From Eledone cirrhosa (taxonomy: Eukaryota): a stretch of 64,000 nucleotides of DNA. Under the pieces are notes generated by a model. That model did no database searches, had not been told where the DNA came from, and saw nothing but the letters and a program-made list of their open reading frames with translations. Every line of letters starts with the position of its first letter. The stretch's first letter is position 1. The stretch is taken from positions 124,001-188,000 of the forward strand of contig OZ024756.1 of the NCBI GenBank assembly GCA_964016885.1, written 5' to 3'. Made by a program: the position numbers and the translations under genes. Of the stretch, positions 25,213-35,500 are shown in pieces.

Positions 25213-25430
25213 GAGTAATATATAAATATATATACATACATATAAATACGAGTAATATATAAATATATATACATACATAAAAATACATATACACACACAT
25301 AAATACATATACACACACACAAATACATATACACATACACACGCATATATATATACACACATACACATATCTATAAATACATATAGATATATGTATAAAT
25401 ATATATATATATACATAAATATATATATCT
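24735..25430. repeat. (TA)/(TG)/(CA) microsatellite tracts
   Basis: Dinucleotide repeats at 24735-24985 and 25165-25430. Confidence 0.8.
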
Positions 25431-25910
25431 ATAAATGAATGTAATCTGAGTTTTTCGAATATTAATAATAACATTCGATTTGTTTGCAATTGTGCAAACA
25501 AGCCGAATTTTTATGCCATGTCAGTAGAATGAGCCCCTCGTCCTTGCTCTTGTGTTGGCATGCTGACATATACACAAACACATATATATAAATATATAAT
25601 ATAAGATCAAGAGATGGTTAAAAGAGTTCCAAGTATTTTATTATGCGCATTTCAAAAACAAATATCATGGGATGATATCTGCGTTCTCATCAGATAACAT
25701 AGGGAGACATGATAAGAAGCTTAAAAAACACTTGTGAATAGTGAAGTTTTAAATCAACATATGAAAAATAAATTAAGATGGATGTATGAGATTGGGAAAA
25801 AGTGAGGGGGGTTTGGAAAAGGTAAGGAAGAGGAAGGAATAAGAGTAAAGGATGGTGGGGGAGGAGTATAAGAAGGAAGGATATTGTGCTACAATAAAAC
25901 TCACCTCCTA
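25430..25910 (-). mobile_element. Penelope-like element 3' end/pseudo-LTR embedded between TA-rich microsatellites
   Basis: On minus strand: pyrimidine-rich tract, hammerhead, hairpin-rich tail; flanked on both sides by (TA)n-type repeats. Confidence 0.6.
25634..25701 (-). ncRNA. Minimal type I hammerhead ribozyme motif
   Basis: Minus strand: tatgttat-CTGATGA-gaacgcagatatcat-ccc-atgatatttgttttt-GAAA-tgcgca-TA-ataaaata; stem II 14/15 pairs, palindromic stem III AUGCGCAU, stem I 7/8 pairs. Confidence 0.85.
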
Positions 25911-26039
25911 CATATATAAATATATATATACATATATATATAAATACATATACACATATATATAAATAAATATATAATTTGCTGTTTTTGGTCACCTTAG
26001 AAGGGTTATAAGACAGAACGTTAGGAGCATGGCTGGGTA

Positions 26040-26232
26040 ATAATTGTTTCGACTTTTGGCACAAGGCCAGCAATTATCTCAGTGCATTACTGGTACTTTA
26101 TTTTATCAACCCCGTAAGGATGAAAGGCAAAGTTAACCTCGGCGGGATTTGAACTCAGACTGTAAAGGGAGGCAACTATGCTAGAAAGCATGGCGTCCGA
26201 CCCTCTACCGATACTGCCAATTCACCGCCCTA
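26040..26232 (-). mobile_element. SINE family A, near full length
   Basis: Close match to 8755-8975 and reverse complement of 15345-15533. Confidence 0.85.
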
Positions 26233-26486
26233 ATAATGAGGGATCGTTAAGTTATAGAGGCACCACCACTACCACAACTACCACCACCAACACCACCACC
26301 ACCACTACCTCCACCAACACCACTACTACCACCACCACCACCACTAGCAGCAGCATGACTAGAGAGAGGGAGTGAGTATGAGAGAGAAAGAGACAAAGAG
26401 AGAGAGAGAGGGGGAGTAGATACCAGAATAGGAAGCAAGTGTAGAAATAATTATTAAATATAAATTCATTGAATTTTGACAGATAC

Positions 26487-27715
26487 CAATCAATATATTC
26501 TAGACAGATCAATATATTCTAGAGAGATCAATATATTCTAGACATCAATATATTCTAGACAAATCAATATATTCTAGAGAGATCAATATATTCTCGACAT
26601 CAATATATTCTAGAGAGATCAATATATTCTAGACAAATCAATATATTCTAGAGAGATCAATATATTCTAGAGAGATCAATATATTCTAGAGAGATCAATA
26701 TATTCTAGACAGATCAATATATTCTAGACATATCAATATATTCTAGAGAGATCAATATATTCTAGAGAGATCAATATATTCTAGACATCAATATATTCTA
26801 GAGAGATCAATATATTCTAGACAGATCAATATATTCTAGAGAGATCAATATATTCTAGACAGATCAATATATTCTAGAGGTCAATATATTCTAAACAGAT
26901 CAATATATTCTAGAGAGATCAATATATTCTAGACAGATCAATATATTCTAGAGAGATCAATACATTCTAGACAGATCAATATATTCTAAACAGATCAATA
27001 TATTCTAGACAGATCACTATATTCTAGACAGATCAATATATTCTAGAGACATCAATATATTCTAGACATCAATATATTCTAGACAGATCAATATATTCTA
27101 GACATCAATATATTCTAGACAGATCAATATATTCTAGACAGATCAATATATTTTAGACAAATCAAAATATTCTAGAGAGATCAATATATTCTAGACAGAT
27201 CAATATATTCTAGAGAGATCAATATATTCTAGAGAGATCAATATATTCTAGAGAGATCAATATATTCTAGATAGATCAATATATTCTAGACAGATCAATA
27301 TATTCTAGAGACATCAATATAGTCTAGACAGATCAATATATTCTAGACAGATCAATATATTTTAGACAAATCAAAATATTCTAGAGAGATCAATATATTT
27401 TAGAGAGATCAATATATTCTAGACAGATCAATATACTCTAGAGACATCAATATATTCTAGACAGATCAATATATTCTAGAGACATCAATATATTCTAGAC
27501 AGATCAATATATACTAGACAGATCAATATATACTAGACAGATCAATATATTCTAGAGAGATCAATATATTTTAGACAAATCAAAATATTCTAGAGAGATC
27601 AATATATTCTAGAGAGATCAATATATTCTAGACAGATCAATATATTCTAGAGAGATCAATATATTCTAGAGAGATCAATATATTCTAGAGAGATCAATAT
27701 ATTCTAGACAGATCA
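26487..27715. repeat. 19-bp minisatellite (gatcaatatattctagaga/ca) with 17-bp variants, ~65 copies
   Basis: Direct tandem repetition. Confidence 0.95.
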
Positions 27716-27774
27716 AGCAAACAGTAACTATTGGAAAAAACAAAACCTAAGATCTGTTACATTCTATTTAACAA

Positions 27775-28738
27775 ACTACTACTACCACAACCACCACCAT
27801 TACTACTACCACCACCACCACCACTACTATTACTACTATCACCACAATTACAATCACTACCACCACTACTATTACCATCACCACCACTACTATCACCATT
27901 ACCATCACCACCACCACCATTACCATCACCACTATTACCATTACCACCACCACTATTACCATCACCACCACCACTATTACCATCACCACCACTACTATTA
28001 CCATCACCACCACTACTATCACCATCACCACTATTACCATCACCACCACCACTATTACCATCACCACCACTACTATCACCATTACCATGACCACCACCAC
28101 TATTACCATCACCACCACCACTATTACCATCACCACCACCACTATTACCATCACCACCACCACTATTACCATTACCACCACCAATATAACCATCACCACC
28201 ACCAATATTACCATCACCACCACCACCATTACCATCACCACCACCACTATTACCATCACCACCACCACCACCACTATTACCATCACCACCACCACTATTA
28301 CCATCACCACCACCACTATTACCATCACCATCACCACCACCACTATTACCATCACCACCACCACTATTACCATCACCACCACCACTATTACCATCACCAC
28401 CACCACTATTACCATCACCACCACCACCATTACCATCACCACCACCACTATTACCATCACCACCACCACTATTACCATCACCACCACCACTATTACCACC
28501 ACTACTATCACCATCACCACTATTACCATCACCACCACCACTATTACCATCACCACCACTACTATCACCATTACCATCACCACCACCACCATTACCATCA
28601 CCACCACCACTATTACCATCACCACCACCACTATTACCATCACCACCACTACTATCACCATCACCACCACCACTATTACCATCACCACCACCACTATCAC
28701 CACCACAACTATTACAATCACTACCATCACTATCATCA
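27775..28738. repeat. ~21-bp triplet-derived repeat (accaccaccactattaccatc)
   Basis: Direct repetition; poly-Thr/Ile and poly-Val ORFs. Confidence 0.9.
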
Positions 28739-28828
28739 GCATGTGTTTAACTAGTCATATTGTGAGATAAGCCAGATCAGATGACTGTCTTGCTCACACA
28801 GAAATGATTCTGGTTTAGTTTCTACTTT

Positions 28829-30470
28829 TTTACAGTGGGTACTGGGTGCTTTGTGTTGCGATACTAACACGACCACTTTACAGTGTATACTGGGTGCTTT
28901 GTGTTGTGACACCAACACGACCACTTTACAGTGCGTACTGGGTGCTTTGTGTTGCGATACTAACACGACCACTTTACAGTGCGTACTGGGTGCTTTTTGT
29001 TGTGACACTAACACGACCACTTTACAGTGTATACTGGGTGCTTTTTGTTGTGACACTAACACGACCACTTTACAGTGGGTACTGGGTGCTTTTTGTTGTG
29101 ACACTAACACGACCACTTTACAGTGCGTACTGGGTGCTTTTTGTTGCGATACTAACACGACCACTTTACAGTGTATACTGGGTGCTTTTTGTTGTCACAC
29201 TAACACGACCACTTTACAGTGGGTACTGGGTGCTTTTTGTTGTGACACCAAAACGACCACTTTACAGTGGGTACTGGGTGCTTTTTGTTGTAACACCAAC
29301 ACGACCACTTTACAGTGTATACTGGGTGCTTTTTGTTGTGACACTAACACGACCACTTTACAGTGTATACTGGGTGCTTTGTGTTGTGACACCAACACGA
29401 CCACTTTACAGTGCGTACTGGGTGCTTTGTGTTGCGATACTAACACGACCACTTTACAGTGCGTACTGGGTGCTTTTTGTTGTGACACTAACACGACCAC
29501 TTTACAGTGTATACTGGGTGCTTTTTGTTGTGACACTAACACGACCACTTTACAGTGGGTACTGGGTGCTTTTTGTTGTGACACTAACACGACCACTTTA
29601 CAGTGCGTACTGGGTGCTTTTTGTTGCGATACTAACACGACCACTTTACAGTGTATACTGGGTGCTTTTTGTTGTCACACTAACACGACCACTTTACAGT
29701 GGGTACTGGGTGCTTTTTGTTGTGACACCAAAACGACCACTTTACAGTGGGTACTGGGTGCTTTTTGTTGTAACACCAACACGACCACTTTACAGTGTAT
29801 ACTGGGTGCTTTTTGTTGTGACACTAACACGACCACTTTACAGTGGGTACTGGGTGCTTTTTGTTGTGACACCAAAACGACCACTTTACAGTGGGTACTG
29901 GGTGCTTTTTGTTGTGACACCAACACGACCGCTTTACAGTGGGTACAGGGTGCTTTTTGTTGTGACACTAACACGACCACTTTACAGTGTGTACTGGGTG
30001 CTTTTTGTTGTGACACTAACACAACCACTTTACAGTGTGTACTGGGTGCTTTTTGTTGTGACACTAACACGACCACTTTACAGTGTGTACTGGGTGCTTT
30101 TTGTTATGACACCAACACGACCACTTTACAGTGGGTACTGGGTGCTTTTTGTTGCGACACCAACACGACCACTTTACAGTGGGTACTGGGTGCTTTTTGT
30201 TGTGACACTAACACGACCACTTTACAGTGGGTACTGGGTGCTTTTTGTTGTGACACTAACACGACCACTTTACAGTGCGTACTGGGTGCTTTGTGTTGCG
30301 ATACTAACACGACCACTTTACAGTGCGTACTGGGTGCTTTTTGTTATGACACCAACACGACCGCTTTACAGTGGGTACTGGGTGCTTTTTGTTGTGACAC
30401 TAACACGACCACTTTACAGTGTGTATTGGGTGCTTTTTGTTGTAACTCATACACGTCTTTACAGTGTGGA
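28829..30470. repeat. 48-bp minisatellite (tttacagtgggtactgggtgctttttgttgtgacactaacacgaccac), ~34 copies, with a 480-bp (10-mer) duplication
   Basis: 28861-29340 near-identical to 29341-29820; unit homologous to SINE B segment 32205-32253. Confidence 0.95.
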
Positions 30471-30582
30471 CTGAGCGCTTATTGTCTTGTCACCTATATG
30501 ACCACTTTACACACACACACACACGTGTGTGTGTGTGTGTGTGTGTTTATGTGTGTGTGATTATATAATAACACAATATAAT

Positions 30583-30656
30583 TATTCCATTACCCAAGGT
30601 TTCACAAAGTTAGACAATTCTAACAGAGACGTCTGTTTCGTTCATCAGATGAAATA
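30583..30656 (-). ncRNA. Type I hammerhead ribozyme motif
   Basis: Minus strand: tatttcat-CTGATGA-acgaa...tttgt-GAAA-ccttgg-GTA-atggaata; stem I 8 bp (one GU), stem III ACC/GGU with UUG loop; predicted cleavage between 30591 and 30590. Confidence 0.75.
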
Positions 30657-30849
30657 CCTTTGTTATGGATATAAGATATGAAATGAAAATCTATTAGAAA
30701 TGAAAGTGAGGCTGAATTAAAATAACGGAAAAAATACATTTCCACACAGAATCAGATGTACATACATGCACACATACATAACATCGAAGATACAACTATA
30801 GATACATACACACAAACACACACACACACACATATATATATATACACAC

Positions 30850-31750
30850 ACCCTCCTCACTCCAACTTTCACACCTACCCATCCTCGCCCCCTTACCATT
30901 CCACCGACTGCTGCTATGCCCTTCTGACCACCTGCCAGCACCAACAGACCACAGCACTCCCACTGCTGACCACTTCCTGTTGCGCGTGCACCCCACATCT
31001 CTCCTCTTCCGACCACCGCTTCATGGATTACCCACACGCAGAAATTGACTTATAACCAATCTTCCTAACAACCTTACCAACTTTTCAACCATCCTCTTAC
31101 GTCATCACCTATATAACTCACCCACACACACACCCCAAAAAATTTTTTTTCTCCACACGCCACCCCCACACACACCTGCTTCCCACCACATATTTACACC
31201 CTCAGCCTCCTGATTCCTCTCCCCCCCCCCTATCCACACACGCACAGACACTCCGACCCCCCCCCCCACACACCTCTTCCTGAACATGCAACCCTGTTCT
31301 TCCCCCAACCCTTACTTTCATACACCTACACACACACACCACCTTCAGCCCTCCCCGCTCCGACACCCCGTCTCCCTCTCCCCACTCCACCCACCACCAC
31401 TCCTACTCACCCCACACCCTTCCACCACCTGTTTACCCCCCTTTTAATTTCAGTTTATTTTGATCATGCCTTTATTTTTAAATTTTCTCATTCCTTGTAT
31501 TTTGATCATGCTTTACTTTTATTTTTTATCTTTATTTGTTAATTTTTCATTCGCAACGTTTCCTTTCGCTATATGTCTCTCCACCACTCCCTTACACACC
31601 TTTTGAACTCTGTTCCCACACACTTCTCACCTGAGGAAGGGCTTATGCCCGAAACGTCGTCCCCCACCTACCCCCCACTCTCCTGAGCGTGAAATTAATA
31701 AACATTTATTGTACTGCCTCTCTTTTGTCCCTGTTCAAATTTTGCCATTA
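30850..31750 (+). mobile_element. Highly decayed Penelope-like element 3' region (possible GIY-YIG C-terminus remnant, pyrimidine-rich UTR, hammerhead, AATAAA, (TA)n)
   Basis: Remnant peptide HRLLLCPSDHL...HSTPTADHF..VH loosely resembles PLE endonuclease tails; hammerhead core at 31631; aataaa at ~31697; TA repeats on both sides. Confidence 0.5.
31631..31661 (+). ncRNA. Minimal hammerhead core, probably inactive (stem I lost)
   Basis: CTGAGGA-a-gggc-ttat-gccc-GAAA-cgtcg-TC; flanks ctcac/cccc cannot pair. Confidence 0.65.
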
Positions 31751-32039
31751 TATATATATATATATATATACATATAAATATACACAAACACACATATCTC
31801 TCTCTCTCTCTATATATATATTTCAATGAAAATACAAGGCTAATTTCCAATAATTACATATGTATTTCTATGGTCTTCTTATGTCATCCTATGATACACA
31901 ACAATTAGCGACATTATTAGATGTAATGATCACAGATGATTTAAAAGATTAATCTCTACTGGGTAATAACAAAACATAAACAAAGAATTGATATGGAGGT
32001 GGCCCAGCTAGTGATGAGATCATTATAACAGACATATGT

Positions 32040-32424
32040 GCATCATCATCATCACTGTTTTATGTCCATTCTTCCACGCTAGCATGGGTTAGACGAGTTG
32101 TCCTGTTGTGGGCAGTGCCCGGTCGAGCGGCCATGTCTTGCTCATACAGCAACTGATTCCGGCTTGATTTCTACAGCTGGATGCCCTTCCTAACACCAAA
32201 CTCATTTACAGTGAGTGCTGGGCGCTTTTTTGCCGTGGTACCTCCACGTCCACTTTACAGTGGAATGATAGGGACCGTAGTCCTATCATCTCATATCTAC
32301 AGCTGAGTAAACTGGAGCAATGTGAAATAAAGTGTCTTGCTGAAGGAAACAACACATCAGCCGGTCTGAGAATTGAACTCACAACCTTTCCATTGCAAGC
32401 CCAATGCTCTTACCACTAAGTCCA
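32040..32424 (-). mobile_element. SINE family B, longest copy in window, with RTE-like tail and (ATG)n end
   Basis: Homologous to 21753-22062 and retains the segment between two tttacagtg direct repeats. Confidence 0.82.
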
Positions 32425-32554
32425 TATATTATAGGCAGAAGCAAAATGGCGAAAATGCTATTGCTGTGTTTTACAAAAAAGCATGAGAATTCAGGCACCT
32501 TTCAAACAAACTATAATGATAAAAGGGCTGGTTAGATGGATGGAGTTCTTGACT

Positions 32555-35500
32555 GGTTGGTGGTGGTGTTGGTAGTGGTGGAGTGATGGTGGGTGTTGTG
32601 GAGGTGGAGGCACTGGTGGTGGTTGTAATGATAATGGTGGAAGTGATGGTAGTGGTTGTAGTGATGGTGGAAGTGATGGTGGTGGTTGTAGTGATGGTGG
32701 AAGTGATGGTAGTGGTTGTAGTGATGGTGGAAGTGATGGTAGTGGTTGTAGTGATGGTGGAAGTGATGGTAGTGGTTGTAGTGATGGTGGAAGTGATGGT
32801 AGTGGTTGTAGTGATGGTGGAAGTGATGGTAGTGGTTGTAGTGATGGTGGAAGTGATGGTGGTGGTTGTAGTGATGGTGGAAGTGATGGTGGTGGTTGTA
32901 GTGATGGTGGAAGTGATGGTGGTGGTTGTAGTGATGGTGGTGGTTGTAGTGATGGGGAAAGTGATGGTGGTGGTTGTAGTGATGGTGGAAGTGATGGTGG
33001 TGGTTGTAGTGATGGTGGAAGTGATGGTAGTGGTTGTAGTGATGGTGGAAGAGATGGTGGTGGTTGTAGTGATGGTGGAAGTGATGGTGGTGGTTGTAGT
33101 GATGGTGGAAGTGATGGTAGTGGTTGTAGTGATGGTGGAAGAGATGGTGGTGGTTGTAGTGATGGTGGAAGTAATGGTAGTGGTTGTAGTGATGGTGGAA
33201 GTGATGGTAGTGGTTGTAGTGATGGTGGAAGTGATGGTGGTGGTTGTAGTGATGGTGGAAGAGATGGTGGTGGTTGTAGTGATGGTGGAAGTGATGGTGG
33301 TGGTTGTAGTGATGGTGGAAGTGATGGTAGTAGTTGTAGTGATGGTGGAAGTGATGGTGGTGGTTGTAGTGATGGTGGAAGTGATGGTGGTGGTTGTAGT
33401 GATGGTGAAAGTGATGGTGGTGGTTGTAGTGATGGTGGAAGTGATGGTGGTGGTTGTAGTGATGGTGGAAGTGATGGTAGTGGTTGTAGTGATGGTGGAA
33501 GTGATGGTAGTAGTTGTGGTAGTGGTTGTAGTGATGGTGGAAGTGATGGTGGAAGTGATGGTGGTGGTTGTAGTAATGGTGGAAGTGATGGTGGTGGTTG
33601 TAGTGATGGTGGAAGTGATGGTGGTGGTTGTAGTGATGGTGGAAGTGATGGTAGTGGTTGTAGTGATGGTGGAAGTGATGGTGGTGGTTGTAGTGATGGT
33701 GAAAGTGATGGTGGTGGTTGTAGTGATGGTGGAAGAGATGGTGGTGGTTGTAGTGATGGTGGAAGTGATGGTAGTGGTTGTAGTGATGGTGGAAGTGATG
33801 GTAGTAGTTGTGGTAGTGGTTGTAGTGATGGTGGAAGTGATGGTGGTGGTTGTAGTGATGGTGGAAGTGATGGTGGTGGTTGTAGTGATGGTGGAAGTGA
33901 TGGTGGTGGTTGTTGTGAGGGTGGAAGTGATGGTGGTGGTTGTAGTGATGGTGGGAGTGATGGTGGTGGTTGTAGTGACGGTGAAAGTGATGGTGGTGGT
34001 TGTAGTGATGGTGGAAGTGATGGTGGTGGTTGTAGTGATGGTGGGAGTGATGGTGGAAGTGATAGTGGTGGTGGAAGTGATGGTGGTGGTTGTAGTGATG
34101 GTTGAAGTGATGGTGGTGGTTGTAGTGATGGTGGAAGCGATGGTGGTGGTTGTTGTGAGGGTGGAAGTGATGGTGGTTGTTGTAGTGATGGTGGAAGTGA
34201 TGGTGGTGGTTGTAGTGATGGTGGAAGTGATGGTGGTGGTTGTAGTGATGGTGGTGGTTGTAGTGATGGTTGAAGTGATGGTGGTGGTTGTAGTGATGGT
34301 GGGAGTGATGGTAGTGGTTGTAGTGATGGTGGAAGTGATGGTGGTGGTTGTAGTGATGGTGGAAGTGATGGTGGTGGTTGTAGTGATGGTGGAAGTGATG
34401 GTGGTGGTTGTAGTGATGGTGGTGGTTGTAGTGATGGTGGGAGTGATGGTAGTGGTTGTAGTGATGGTGGAAGTGATGGTGGTGGTTGTAGTGATGGTGG
34501 AAGTGATGGTGGTGGTTGTAGTGATGGTGGTGGTTGTAGTGATGGTTGAAGTGATGGTGGTGGTTGTAGTGATGGTGGGAGTGATGGTAGTGGTTGTAGT
34601 GATGGTGGAAGTGATGGTGGTGGTTGTAGTGATGGTGGAAGTGATGGTGGTGGTTGTAGTGATGGTGGAAGTGATGGTGGTGGTTGTAGTGATGGTGGTG
34701 GTTGTAGTGATGGTGGGAGTGATGGTAGTGGTTGTAGTGATGGTGGAAGTGATGGTGGTGGTTGTAGTGATGGTGGAAGTGATGGTGGTGGTTGTAGTGA
34801 TGGTGGAAGTGATGGTGGTGGTTGTAGTGATGGTGGTGGTTGTAGTGATGGTTGAAGTGATGGTGGTGGTTGTAGTGATGTAGTGATGGTGGTGCTTGTA
34901 GTGATGGTGGAAGTGATGGTGGTGGTTGTAGTGATGGTGGAAGCGATGGTGGTGGTTGTAGTGATAGTGGAAGTGATGGTGGTGGTTGTAGTGATGGTGG
35001 AAGTGATGGTGGTGCTTGTAGTGATGGAAGTGATGGTAGTGGTTGTAGTGATGGTGGAAGCGATGGTGGTGGTTGTAGTGATGGTGGAAGTGATGGTGGT
35101 GGTTGTAGTGATGGTGGAAGTGATGGTGGAAGTGATGGTAGTGGTTGTAGTGATGGTGGAAGTGATGGTGGTGGTTGTAGTGATGGTGGGAGTGATGGTG
35201 GTGGTTGTAGTGATGGTGGGAGTGATGGTGGTGGTTGTAGTGATGGTGGGAGTGATGGTGGTGGTTGTAGTGATGGTGGAAGTGATGGTAGTGGTTGTAG
35301 TGATGGTGGAAGTGATGGTGGTGGTTGTAGTGATGGTGGGAGTGATGGTGGTGGTTGTAGTGATGGTGGAAGTGATGGTGGTGGTTGTAGTAATGGTGGA
35401 AGTGATGGTAGTGGTTGTAGTGATGGTGAAAGTGATGGTGGTGGTTGTAGTGATGGTGGGAGTGATGGTGGTGGTTGTAGTGATGGTGGAAGTGATGGTG

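Noticed and set aside
28846-30560. Cys-rich and hydrophobic 16-aa repeat ORFs
   Set aside because: Array derives from a SINE segment and is open in several frames
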